DNA from: Flavobacteriaceae bacterium
Lineage (GTDB): Bacteria > Bacteroidota > Bacteroidia > Flavobacteriales > Flavobacteriaceae
DNA length: 64,000 nucleotides
Direction of reading: 5' to 3'
Assembly: GCA_034112185.1 (NCBI GenBank)
Contig: JAWUVW010000007.1
Span: 911-64,910, forward strand
Shown here: positions 45,443 through 54,948 of the stretch, piece after piece
Position numbering within the stretch: position 1 is the stretch's first letter
Layout of the letters: every line of letters begins with the position of its first letter
Notes under the pieces: model-generated
What the model saw: only the letters and a program-made list of their open reading frames with translations
What the model was told of the DNA's origin: nothing
Databases searched by the model: none
Made by a program: the position numbers and the translations under genes

Positions 45443-46213
45443 ATGTTAAGAGCAGTGCGTAAGAGAAGAGGTGATTTTAAAGTCTGTATTTTATTTTTTC
45501 AGAAATCGCTCTATTTGCGTTCTTGCGAAGGAGGCAAACCCTTATACAGGTAAGAAACAAGCCATATCGTTATCACTAGAACAGGAAATTGTCATTGGCT
45601 TACAAAGTGTGCCTAGTATGTCACAACAATATGGTGGGCTTCATACAGACAGGCGTAATCAAGCTTTAGTTGACAATGTCAGAAATAAACTTGTAAATAG
45701 CAGTATTGCAAAAGACACATCCTATAAATATGACTTTCATTTATTGGCAGATGAAAATACAATTAATGCATTCGCACTACCTGGAGGACTACTATTTATA
45801 ACGCAGGTTTATTTTCTAAATTAGAAAATGAAGACCAACTCACAGACGTACTGGGTCATAGAAATGGTCATGTACATGGAAAACACTCTAACGAGCGCAT
45901 TACAAATGCTCACTTTTCGAAAGTATTGGCCGTGGTAGAGTCTGCGATAGATACGGGAAGCGTTGCACAACAATTTGGACAAGGTCAGTGATTAAAAAAT
46001 GGTAGAAATGATAAATTAGAAATTGACGAACTTGGTAGTATGTTTATGCTTCATGCAGGCTATAATCCTGAAGAAATGATTGGTGTCATGGAAATTTTAA
46101 AGGCTACAGACGGACCAAATAGAGTTCCTGAATTTCAGGGTTGACATCCAGATCCAGAATATCGTATTGAAAAAATTAGAGAAGCTGTTAGAAAATATAA
46201 AAACGCATCTTAA
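45443..46213 (+). pseudogene. M48 family metallopeptidase pseudogene
   Basis: M48-like sequence lies in frame 2 (45443 onward), frame 0 (45471-45824) and frame 2 again (45821-46213). There are in-frame TGA codons at 45989 and 46142, and the HExxH site reads HRNGH. The C-terminal AGYNPEEMIGVMEIL...HPDPEYRIEKI is still recognisable. Confidence 0.8.
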
Positions 46214-46234
46214 TGTATAAGATGCGTTTTGTTG
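46201..46234. terminator. bidirectional hairpin terminator between the M48 pseudogene and the ankyrin gene
   Basis: aaacgcatctta (46201-46212) pairs with taagatgcgttt (46218-46229), with A/T runs on both sides. Confidence 0.75.
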
Positions 46235-46254
46235 ACTAACTAACTTATATACTC

Positions 46255-46650
46255 TTAGACATTTTTATTTTTAAAACGTCTTAAAAATAGTTCAGCATCT
46301 TTAGCTTTTGCTTTTTTAGCAAGTCCCAATGCCGTATAACCACTATCACAAGACTTATGGATTTCAGAACCTGCTGTAATTAAAACTTTAATTAGCTCTA
46401 CGCGGTTGTATTTTGCGGCATAATGAATGGGCATCATACCGTTAGATTTAGCATTAACATCTGCTCCATTGTTTATTAATCTTTTTACTTCGTCTAGGTT
46501 TCCTGTGGCAACTGCTTTACACAAAGGACTAATCTCAACGGATTGAATACTAACGTCATTAACATCTGAAGTTGAAACGTGATTTGTTGCATTTAAATTA
46601 CTAACTGAAAAGCCTAATGCCAAGGCTAAAACTACTACTGATTTTTTCAT
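46255..46650 (-). CDS. secreted ankyrin-repeat protein
   Basis: 131 aa with a signal peptide. GNLDEVKRLINNGADVNAKSNGMMPIHYAAKYNRVELIKVLITAGSE contains ANK repeats. Confidence 0.8.
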   Translation of the reverse strand: MKKSVVVLALALGFSVSNLNATNHVSTSDVNDVSIQSVEISPLCKAVATGNLDEVKRLINNGADVNAKSNGMMPIHYAAKYNRVELIKVLITAGSEIHKSCDSGYTALGLAKKAKAKDAELFLRRFKNKNV

Positions 46651-46866
46651 GATGAAAGATTTTAAATTTAATTGATTTGTTTTTAATTACACTAAATAGA
46701 CGACCTAACTTCTAAACTGTTACACTTAAAAAGTGTTATAACATTTTTTTAACACTTTGAAATCAAATATGTTAATGTCATCATAAATCATAAATTCAAC
46801 TTTATCTGCCAATGACTTCAACTTAAAATTTATTACCCTACATATTTGTTATAGACTTGTATATGT

Positions 46867-46874
46867 TATCTTTG
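46867..46874 (+). promoter_or_regulatory. candidate -7 box TATCTTTG upstream of gpmI
   Basis: TAnnTTTG match 20 nt before ATG 46895. Confidence 0.4.
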
Positions 46875-46894
46875 GAACCACTAAAAAATTAATC

Positions 46895-48412
46895 ATGAAT
46901 AAAAAGGTTATTTTAATGATTTTAGATGGTTGGGGAAAATCACCCGATCCTAAAGTTTCTGCTATCGATAATGCTCAAACACCCTTTATAGATTCGCTTT
47001 ACACCAAATATCCAAGCGCAAGCTTGAGAACTGATGGTCTTCATGTAGGTTTACCTGAAGGGCAAATGGGAAATAGTGAAGTCGGACACATGAATTTAGG
47101 AGCAGGCAGAATTGTTTATCAAGATTTAGTTAAGATTAACCTTGCTGTAAAAAATAAAACACTTCGAGAAGAGCAAGTGTTAAAAAACGCCTTCGAATAT
47201 GCCAAAACCAATAATAAGACTATTCATTTTTTAGGCTTAGTGAGTGACGGAGGAGTTCATTCACATATCAATCACCTTTTTGGATTAATTAATGCGGCAA
47301 ACGATTATGGTTTAAAGGATGTCTTTGTACATGCCTTTACAGATGGTAGGGATGTAGATCCAAAATCTGGCTACGGGTTTATTTCAGATTTAGAGGAGCA
47401 TTTAAATAAAACTACAGGAACATTAGCTACTGTAACTGGCCGTTATTATGCCATGGATAGAGACAAACGTTGGGAGCGTGTAAAATTAGCTTACGATGGT
47501 TTAGTTGAAGGAAAAGGCAAGGCTACCCATAATATTTTAAAATCTATTCAAGACAATTATGAGAATGATATTACTGATGAATTTATAAAACCGTTAGTGC
47601 GTGTTGATGAAAATAATAAACCAGTAGCTACTATTAAAGATGATGATGTTGTTATCTTTTTCAATTTTCGAACCGATCGTGGACGTCAATTAACGCAAGC
47701 TTTAACTCAAGATGATTTTCATGAATACAACATGCATAAACTCCATCTTCATTATGTGACTTTAACCAATTATGATGAAAATTATAAAGGCATCAATGTT
47801 GTTTTTAATAAGGACAATCTAACGGAGACTCTAGGTGAAGTTTTAGAAAAGCATCAGAAAAAGCAAATCAGAATTGCCGAAACTGAGAAGTATCCTCATG
47901 TAACATTTTTCTTTTCTGGAGGACGAGAAACTCCATTTGAAGGAGAAACACGGATTTTAAGAAACTCACCAAAAGTAGCGACTTACGATTTACAACCTGA
48001 GATGAGTGCTTTCGAGTTAAAAGAGGCCTTAATCCCTGAATTAGAAAAAGGCGACGTCGATTTTGTATGCCTAAACTTTGCGAATGGTGATATGGTTGGC
48101 CATACAGGAGTTATGGCTGCAGCTATTAAAGCCTGCGAGGCTGTTGACACTTGTGTAAAAGACGTTATCACCGCCGCCTTAGAAAATGATTATACCACAA
48201 TTCTCATTGCTGATCATGGCAACTGCGAAACTATGATAAATCCGGATGGATCACCAAACACAGCACACACTACAAATCCAGTTCCAATTATTTTAATTGA
48301 CAAAGATTTAAAAACTATAAAAGATGGTGTTTTGGGAGACATCGCACCAACAGTTTTAAAACTTATTGGATTACCTCAACCCAAAGCTATGACACAACAT
48401 AGCCTTGTATAA
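46895..48412 (+). CDS. gpmI: 2,3-bisphosphoglycerate-independent phosphoglycerate mutase
   Basis: 505 aa. ILDGWG, MGNSEVGHMNLGAGR, SDGGVHSH, TDGRD and ADHGN. Confidence 0.95.
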   Translation: MNKKVILMILDGWGKSPDPKVSAIDNAQTPFIDSLYTKYPSASLRTDGLHVGLPEGQMGNSEVGHMNLGAGRIVYQDLVKINLAVKNKTLREEQVLKNAFEYAKTNNKTIHFLGLVSDGGVHSHINHLFGLINAANDYGLKDVFVHAFTDGRDVDPKSGYGFISDLEEHLNKTTGTLATVTGRYYAMDRDKRWERVKLAYDGLVEGKGKATHNILKSIQDNYENDITDEFIKPLVRVDENNKPVATIKDDDVVIFFNFRTDRGRQLTQALTQDDFHEYNMHKLHLHYVTLTNYDENYKGINVVFNKDNLTETLGEVLEKHQKKQIRIAETEKYPHVTFFFSGGRETPFEGETRILRNSPKVATYDLQPEMSAFELKEALIPELEKGDVDFVCLNFANGDMVGHTGVMAAAIKACEAVDTCVKDVITAALENDYTTILIADHGNCETMINPDGSPNTAHTTNPVPIILIDKDLKTIKDGVLGDIAPTVLKLIGLPQPKAMTQHSLV

Positions 48413-48454
48413 ATAGTTTATTATTGTATTTTTAACCTGCAATTGAATAATAGC

Positions 48455-48853
48455 ATGAATTTTCAAGATAGATTAATAATAGCCATAGATTTTGACGGTA
48501 CCATTGTTGAAGATGGGTATCCTAATATTGGGAAAACACGCATTTTTGCTTTTGAAACTTTAAAACGACTGCAGCAAGATGGACACAGACTTATTCTTTG
48601 GACGTATAGAAGTGGCATAAAACTGCAAGAAGCTGTTGATTTCTGTAAAAAAAATGGCATTGAATTTTACGCCGTAAATGCGAGTTTCCCGGAGGAAAAA
48701 TTCGATTATAGTAGAAGTCGAAAAATTCATGCTGACCTCTTTATTGATGATCGCAATATTGGCGGTATCCTTGGCTGGGGAGAAGTTTATCAATTGATAA
48801 CTAATGAAAAGCCCGACATTAAAGCTGCGACAAAAAAATGGTGGCAATTTTAA
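48455..48853 (+). CDS. small HAD-like hydrolase-fold protein (function unknown)
   Basis: ORF 48443..48853 with ATG 48455 preferred. IAIDFDGTIV is a DxDGT HAD motif I, and FIDDRN is motif-III-like. Confidence 0.5.
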   Translation: MNFQDRLIIAIDFDGTIVEDGYPNIGKTRIFAFETLKRLQQDGHRLILWTYRSGIKLQEAVDFCKKNGIEFYAVNASFPEEKFDYSRSRKIHADLFIDDRNIGGILGWGEVYQLITNEKPDIKAATKKWWQF

Positions 48854-48858
48854 TTATA

Positions 48859-50124
48859 TTAAATCAGATCAAAATAATCCTTATCGATAGCTTCCCTATG
48901 GTCAGGATGCGCAATATTAACTAGAGCCTTCACGCGCTCTTTAATTGTTTTACCGTATAAATTTGCAACACCATATTCTGTAACCACATAGTGAATATGT
49001 GCTCGAGTGGTAACCACGCCAGCACCTAACTTGAGTGATGGCACTATTCTAGATACGCCATGTTTTGTAACAGAAGGGAGCGCAATAATAGCCTTACCAC
49101 CTTCGCTTAACGAAGCGCCTCTAATAAAGTCCATTTGCCCACCAACACCTGAGTATATTTTAGACCCAATTGAATCTGCACAAACCTGACCTGTTACATC
49201 TACTTCAATCGCAGAATTAATCGCTACCATTCTAGGATTTTGTTTAATCACAGACACATCATTTACATAATCTGAGGTACGCATCTCAACATAAGGGTTA
49301 TCATTTACATAATCGTACAAGCGTTGAGATCCCATTAAAAAAGTTGCCAAAGCCCTACCTGGATTTACACCTTTATAGTTTCCATTAATAACATCTTTAA
49401 GGATTAAATCTATGACACCATCAGAAAACATTTCAGTATGTAAGCCTAAATCTTTATGATTGTGTAACCTTGATAATACGGCATTAGGAATATTTCCGAT
49501 TCCCAGCTGTAAGGTACTTCTATCTTCAATTAAGTTTGCAACATAGTCACCAATTTTAGTTTCAACTTCTGTTGGAGTTGTTACATTAAGTATTGGCAAT
49601 GATTCGTTGCACTCTACAAAGGCATTAATTTCCGTAACATGAATAATTCCATCACCAAACGTTCTAGGCATTTGTTTATTGACTTGAGCTATAACATGGT
49701 CGGCATTATCAATTGCTGCTAAAGTAGCTTCAACGGAAACACCTAAAGAACAATAGCCATGAATATCTGGCACAGAAACATGGATTAAAGCTACATTTAG
49801 ATTTACAATATTTCGTTTAAACAATAAAGGAACTTCACTCAAGAATACTGGTGTATAAGAGCCATTTCCAGCTTTTAATGTATGTCTCACATTTTTTCCT
49901 ATAAAAAAAGAATTAACATGAAAACTCTCTGCTAAATCAGGATTAGCATAGGGTGCATCCCCTTCAGTATGCAATTGGCAAATTTCAACGTTTCGAAGTT
50001 CTTCATATCTATTAGTTAGTGCCCTTATTAGCACATTTGGGACGGCGGCGGCGGCGTGTATATATATTTTATCATTAGATTTTACAACTTTTAAGGCGTC
50101 TTCTGCGCTAACTGTCTTATACAT
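48859..50124 (-). CDS. acetyl-CoA hydrolase/transferase family protein (4-hydroxybutyrate CoA-transferase-like)
   Basis: ORF 48859..50181 with Met20 preferred (MYKTVSAEDALK). LQLGIGNIPNAV, HTEMFSDG and GVGGQMDF. Confidence 0.85.
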   Translation of the reverse strand: MYKTVSAEDALKVVKSNDKIYIHAAAAVPNVLIRALTNRYEELRNVEICQLHTEGDAPYANPDLAESFHVNSFFIGKNVRHTLKAGNGSYTPVFLSEVPLLFKRNIVNLNVALIHVSVPDIHGYCSLGVSVEATLAAIDNADHVIAQVNKQMPRTFGDGIIHVTEINAFVECNESLPILNVTTPTEVETKIGDYVANLIEDRSTLQLGIGNIPNAVLSRLHNHKDLGLHTEMFSDGVIDLILKDVINGNYKGVNPGRALATFLMGSQRLYDYVNDNPYVEMRTSDYVNDVSVIKQNPRMVAINSAIEVDVTGQVCADSIGSKIYSGVGGQMDFIRGASLSEGGKAIIALPSVTKHGVSRIVPSLKLGAGVVTTRAHIHYVVTEYGVANLYGKTIKERVKALVNIAHPDHREAIDKDYFDLI

Positions 50125-50222
50125 TTTTATCTGTTTTAATTTTGTAAAACTACTGAACATAACAATGAGAAAAACTGTCATTTATCATGTTTACGTAATC
50201 TTTTAGAATTGTTATAATTACT

Positions 50223-50230
50223 TATCTTTG
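50223..50230 (+). promoter_or_regulatory. candidate -7 box TATCTTTG upstream of map
   Basis: TAnnTTTG match 18 nt before ATG 50249. Confidence 0.4.
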
Positions 50231-50248
50231 CCACTCAATTAAGGAAGC

Positions 50249-51067
50249 ATGATTATTATAAAAACCAAAGAAGAAATTGAATTGATGCGTCAAAGTGCGC
50301 TCGTTGTGTCTAAAACTTTAGGGATGTTAGCTAAAGAAGTCAAAGAAGGTGTTACTACCAATCATTTAGACACTATAGCTGAAGCTTTTATAAGAGATCA
50401 CGGTGCTTTACCAGGTTTTAAGGGGCTTTATGATTGTCCCTCAACTTTGTTATGCAGTGTAAACGAAGCTGTAGTACATGGTCTACCAACAGACATTCCG
50501 TTAAAAGATGGCGATATTGTATCTATAGATTGTGGTGCTTTAATGAATGGTTTCTACGGAGATCATGCTTATACGTTTGAAATTGGCAATGTGGCCGAGG
50601 ATACTAAAAAGTTAATCGAAGTTACTAAAGAATCCCTCTATGTTGGGATTAGCCAATTAAAACTTGGAAACCGCGTTGGTGATGTCGGCTTTGCTATTCA
50701 ACACCATTGTGAAAACGAAGGTTATGGTGTGGTACGCGAATTAGTTGGTCATGGTTTAGGCCGTAAAATGCATGAAGATCCTGAAATGCCCAATTACGGA
50801 AGACGTGGCAGAGGCAAAAAGTTTATTGAAGGTATGGTAGTTGCCATTGAACCGATGATAAATATGGGAACACATAAAGTAAAACAACTTAAAGATGGCT
50901 GGACTATTGTAACACAAGATGGTAAACCAAGTGTCCATTTTGAGCATGATATTGCTATTGTTAATGGACAACCAGAGATTCTTTCAACATTTGCTTATGT
51001 GCATGAGGCTCTGGGAATTGTTTCTGATGCGGAGGATGCTTTTCGTAAGGAATCACTAGTTTTATAG
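50249..51067 (+). CDS. map: type I methionyl aminopeptidase
   Basis: 272 aa. NEAVVHGLP, VSIDCG, GHGLGRKMHE, AIEPM and FEHDI metal ligands. Confidence 0.95.
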   Translation: MIIIKTKEEIELMRQSALVVSKTLGMLAKEVKEGVTTNHLDTIAEAFIRDHGALPGFKGLYDCPSTLLCSVNEAVVHGLPTDIPLKDGDIVSIDCGALMNGFYGDHAYTFEIGNVAEDTKKLIEVTKESLYVGISQLKLGNRVGDVGFAIQHHCENEGYGVVRELVGHGLGRKMHEDPEMPNYGRRGRGKKFIEGMVVAIEPMINMGTHKVKQLKDGWTIVTQDGKPSVHFEHDIAIVNGQPEILSTFAYVHEALGIVSDAEDAFRKESLVL

Positions 51068-51070
51068 CTA

Positions 51071-51082
51071 TTACGCAGAGAT
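51071..51082. repeat. upstream arm of the inverted repeat bracketing the GxxExxY ORF (TTACGCAGAGAT)
   Basis: The reverse complement of 51531-51542 is TTACACAGAGAT (11/12). The upstream flank also carries related GCAGAGA / CGGAGATTC words up to 51114. Confidence 0.75.
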
Positions 51083-51132
51083 TCCCGGAGTTTTCTCGGA
51101 GATTCGCAGAGAATTTTAGTTCAAACTAAAAT

Positions 51133-51510
51133 ATGGTTTACGACAAGATAACAGAGAATATAATAGGAGTGGCTATTAAAGTTCATAAAACGTTAGGTCC
51201 TGGATTACTAGAATCTGCTTATCAAGAATGTTTATTTTATGAATTAAAATCGATGGGATATTCGGTTCAAAAAGAAATTTCTCAACCTGTTACTTATAAA
51301 ACTATAGTTTTAGATCATGGCTATAGAATTGATTTACTTATGGAGCATAAAATTGTAATTGAACTTAAAACAGTTGAAAAATTCACAGATGTTCATAGTG
51401 CACAAATTTTAACTTACATGAAATCAGGAGACTACCCATTAAGCTTATTACTCAACTTTAATACTAAGCTTTTAAAAAACGGAATAAAAAGGTTCATTAA
51501 CACTCCGTGA
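51133..51510 (+). CDS. GxxExxY protein (PD-(D/E)XK nuclease-fold family)
   Basis: 125 aa. GPGLLESAYQECL contains GxxExxY, and YRIDLLMEHKIVIELK is the D...ExK-like core. Confidence 0.8.
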   Translation: MVYDKITENIIGVAIKVHKTLGPGLLESAYQECLFYELKSMGYSVQKEISQPVTYKTIVLDHGYRIDLLMEHKIVIELKTVEKFTDVHSAQILTYMKSGDYPLSLLLNFNTKLLKNGIKRFINTP

Positions 51511-51530
51511 AGCTCTGTGCATCTTCACGT

Positions 51531-51542
51531 ATCTCTGTGTAA
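51531..51542. repeat. downstream arm of the inverted repeat bracketing the GxxExxY ORF
   Basis: atctctgtgtaa. The flank 51511-51542 carries two CTCTGTG words that mirror the GCAGAG words upstream. Confidence 0.75.
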
Positions 51543-51548
51543 CAATAT

Positions 51549-52331
51549 ATGAAAAAAATCTTCAAATTTATTCTAAATACCATTCCAAGACCGCTCTTAA
51601 TAAGACTGAGCTACCTAGCACGCCCTATTTTAGAATTCTTTTTAAGAGGCAACAAATTCACAGACCCAATAGATGGTAAAAGTTTTAGAAGCTTTTTACC
51701 TTATGGTTATGGCACACAAAGATCAAACGTATTATCACCCTCTACCCTTTCTTTAGAACGACATAGACTACTTTGGTTGTATTTAAAGAATGAAACCGAC
51801 TTTTTCTCGAGAGATATGCAATCAAGTTCAGCACTAAGAGTTCTCCACTTTGCGCCAGAGCAATGCTTTTTAAAACGCTTTAGAAAATTGAAAAATCTAG
51901 ATTATACCACAACGGATTTAATGTCGCCTATTGCTGATGTAAAAGCAGATATTTGTGACCTGCCTTTTGAAAACAATAGTTATGACGTTATACTTTGTAA
52001 CCATGTATTAGAACACATACCAGACGATACAAAAGCGATTCAAGAATTGTATCGTGTTATGAAGCCAGGTGGTTATGGCATATTTCAGATTCCACAAGAT
52101 TTAAATCGCGATACGACGTTTGAGGATGATACTATAACGGATAAGGCTGCGCGTGCTAAAATCTTTGGACAGTATGATCATGTTAGAGTTTATGGGAGAG
52201 ATTATTTTGAAAAGCTGAGATCCATTGGATTTAAAGTTAAAGAAGTCGATTATACATCTCAACTTTCTGATGTTGATATTGAAAAATATAGATTAGCTAA
52301 GGGTGAAATAATCCCAGTAGTTTTTAAGTAA
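51549..52331 (+). CDS. class I SAM-dependent methyltransferase
   Basis: 260 aa. VLHFAPE...DLPFENNSYDVILCNHVLEHIPDD...MKPGGYGIF (Methyltransf_11-like). Confidence 0.8.
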   Translation: MKKIFKFILNTIPRPLLIRLSYLARPILEFFLRGNKFTDPIDGKSFRSFLPYGYGTQRSNVLSPSTLSLERHRLLWLYLKNETDFFSRDMQSSSALRVLHFAPEQCFLKRFRKLKNLDYTTTDLMSPIADVKADICDLPFENNSYDVILCNHVLEHIPDDTKAIQELYRVMKPGGYGIFQIPQDLNRDTTFEDDTITDKAARAKIFGQYDHVRVYGRDYFEKLRSIGFKVKEVDYTSQLSDVDIEKYRLAKGEIIPVVFK

Positions 52332-52341
52332 AATTAGTTTA

Positions 52342-52710
52342 ATGACACAACACGTTATAATTGCTACAGCTGCCACTTTTGGTATGTTAGCCGTAATTTT
52401 TGGTGCTTTTGGAGCACATGCCTTAAAGAAAATTCTATCTAAAGAACAATTAGATAGTTTTGAGGTTGGTGTGAAATACCAAATGTATCATTCCGTAGTA
52501 TTACTAGCGTTGAGTTTTAACTCCAATACGATATCGTCTGCAACATATTGGTGCTTTACCATAGGAATTGTATTATTCTCATTTAGTATTTACGGCTTAG
52601 TTTTATCGGGTGCGAAAGGAAAAAAGCTTCGTTTTTTAGGACCTATTACTCCAATAGGTGGGTTGCTTTTAGTGATAGGTTGGTTCCTAGTACTAATTAG
52701 TGCTTTTTAA
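52342..52710 (+). CDS. DUF423 membrane protein
   Basis: 122 aa with four TM segments. GAFGAHALK...YQMYHS is typical of DUF423. Confidence 0.75.
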   Translation: MTQHVIIATAATFGMLAVIFGAFGAHALKKILSKEQLDSFEVGVKYQMYHSVVLLALSFNSNTISSATYWCFTIGIVLFSFSIYGLVLSGAKGKKLRFLGPITPIGGLLLVIGWFLVLISAF

Positions 52711-52845
52711 GAAGAAAGTCCTGTTATCCTAGAGGTGAAATTATTAAAATATAAAACGTTGAACCCAACCAACAAGGAACAACTTCTTCTAAATAGTGAT
52801 TAATAGGAATTATAAGACACTGTCTTTTTAATAAAGTCACTCTTT

Positions 52846-53826
52846 TTATTCAGGAAAACCGTTTAAACTCAAAGCTTGTAAAGCCTTGTTTTCATCTTCA
52901 TAAATAAAGTAAGCTTTCAGCTCCTGGTGCGACTCTAAAAATCGAGTTGCGCTTTCGATTCCCATGGCCTGAAACGCTGTAGCATAACCATCTGCCGTCA
53001 TACAATCTGGGGCAATAACGGAAATGCTCAAAATATTTGTTTTAGTTGGATAACCTGTTTTGGTATTGATGATATGTGCATAACGATTGCCGTTCTCATC
53101 TACTTTAAATTTTCGATACGTCCCAGACGTCGCCATAGCTTCGTCTTTTAGTATAATAACTTTTGAATAAGATTGTGTACCATCAAAATTGGGATCATCT
53201 ATTCCTACGGTCCAACCTTTTCCACTTTCTAAATTAGCACCCAAAACACGCAAATCACCACCAATATCAACGAGATAATTCGTAATGGCTTTCGATTCTA
53301 AAAAGTCTCCAATCACATCTATACCATAACCTTTAGCAATGGCATTAAACTCGAGGTAAGTCTCTGCTGGTTTTTTAATATTATTTTTTATAAGACTTAC
53401 TTTATTCAAACCTACAAACCTCATCAGACTATCAATTGTGGTGCTATCAGTTATAAATTTATTAGTCTCTGCACCGAAATTCCATGCATTAACTACGTTA
53501 CCAATGGTTGGATCAAAAGTGCCTTCGGTTCGTCGATATATTACTTTTGAGGCTTTAAAAACAGTTTCAAAATGATCATCAATTGTTGTAATTTCATTTC
53601 GGTTTAATTTTGATATATCAGAATCTTCTATGTAAGTAGAAAGCGATTGATTGACAACTTCAAATAAGCTATCGATTTGCTTTTGGTAGTTACTATTATC
53701 CTCAGCATAATACTGAATATTAAAACTTGTACCGAAGATAGGACCCGAAAGTTTAACATTCTTTGGTTCTTCTTCAGAGCAGCAAAAAAAGAGTACCGTA
53801 ATTGCTAAACAAATTAATTTTTTCAT
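52846..53826 (-). CDS. apbE: FAD:protein FMN transferase (ApbE family lipoprotein)
   Basis: 326 aa with an FFCCS lipobox. FDPTIG, NAIAKGYG, DIGGD, MATSGTYRKF, HIINTKTG and ADGYATA. Confidence 0.9.
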   Translation of the reverse strand: MKKLICLAITVLFFCCSEEEPKNVKLSGPIFGTSFNIQYYAEDNSNYQKQIDSLFEVVNQSLSTYIEDSDISKLNRNEITTIDDHFETVFKASKVIYRRTEGTFDPTIGNVVNAWNFGAETNKFITDSTTIDSLMRFVGLNKVSLIKNNIKKPAETYLEFNAIAKGYGIDVIGDFLESKAITNYLVDIGGDLRVLGANLESGKGWTVGIDDPNFDGTQSYSKVIILKDEAMATSGTYRKFKVDENGNRYAHIINTKTGYPTKTNILSISVIAPDCMTADGYATAFQAMGIESATRFLESHQELKAYFIYEDENKALQALSLNGFPE

Positions 53827-53949
53827 GAGATTTTATAGTTCAAAATTTTACTAAACTTGCAGTGCACTTGAAGACGCTCAAGGTAAAGAGAAATCATTTA
53901 TTTTTGGTTATATACGATGAGATTGCTTCACTACGTTCGCTATGACGCA

Positions 53950-54327
53950 TTAATTTAAATTCATTTCAATAATCTGAATACCATTGTACTCAATAAGGTA
54001 TTCTTCGTTTAAATAAATCGGTAAATCTTCACCATTTGGGTTGGCTAAGCCTACACCAGCATATAAAACCTTGGCATCCTTTTCGTAAGCATGTTTTTTG
54101 AAGGTTTCCATCCAAACTATATCGTAGTTATTTGGATTTTCTGGAAGAATTACAGCTCTTACAACAACAAAGAAATACTGACTTTTCTTATCTATACAAA
54201 CAAATTGCGGATGACGTTTTAGTTTGCTATTAATGGCGACAAACTCAAAACCACGAGCTTCTAAATCCTTACCAACATGGTTCATAGCGAGATTATGTAG
54301 TTCTTGGGGTGTTAGTGATTTACTCAT
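53950..54327 (-). CDS. hypothetical protein
   Basis: ORF 53950..54342 starts at TTG inside a -7 box, so ATG 54327 is preferred (MSKSLTPQELHNL). No family recognised. Confidence 0.5.
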   Translation of the reverse strand: MSKSLTPQELHNLAMNHVGKDLEARGFEFVAINSKLKRHPQFVCIDKKSQYFFVVVRAVILPENPNNYDIVWMETFKKHAYEKDAKVLYAGVGLANPNGEDLPIYLNEEYLIEYNGIQIIEMNLN

Positions 54328-54948
54328 ATTACAAAGATACAAACTTGCTATTTAAAACGCACAAATTTCGCACTACTAAAGATGTCATTTGACACAAGAA
54401 TTACGGCCGTATTCTCTAATCCATACCACGACGCTATTGTAACATTAGAAAAGTTCTTAACTAAAGGAACACGCTGTACTAGTCTCCTCACTTGAAACAG
54501 TAAAAACTAATTTCTAGCTTTTTAATTAATACCAATAAAAAGAGTAATCCTACTCTGATCGTTAGGTAATTTAAAAAATCTAGATGGTGTCATATCAGAA
54601 GTAAAATTGTGTACCTTTAAGAGGTCTCTATTTGTAACATTATAAACTTTTTACATACAAATAATTAACACTAGCCTTAAAAACACTATCAACCAAATCT
54701 ATTTGTAAATATGCTGTATGCCAATGACGTTCAATTTTCTTTCGTAGATTTGAAAGATATGGCTCATACTATTTATAAATCAGGCACTAAAACTAGTAAT
54801 TATTATATATTTTGTCAATGTTAAACACTGAAACACATAAGAGTAATACTCGAATTATCCATAAAATGGACTCCTCAAAACAAGATTTCAATATAGATTT
54901 CAATCTCACTATTATGTCATTACACACGTTAGCTCTTAATTAATACTT

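Noticed and set aside
45989-46144. In-frame TGA codons in the M48 gene as selenocysteine or other recoding
   Set aside because: The same gene also has two frameshifts and a destroyed HExxH site. Multiple independent lesions indicate decay, not recoding.
50043-50056. (GGC)4 trinucleotide run in the CoA-transferase gene
   Set aside because: It simply encodes the conserved HAAAAVPN segment near the N-terminus. It is too short to be a meaningful microsatellite.
54348-54491. 47-codon GTG ORF immediately upstream of the 130-aa hypothetical gene as a toxin-antitoxin-like pair
   Set aside because: It has no recognisable motif and a weak start. The downstream gene has its own -7 box after the small ORF's stop. 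Nothing else supports a two-gene module.
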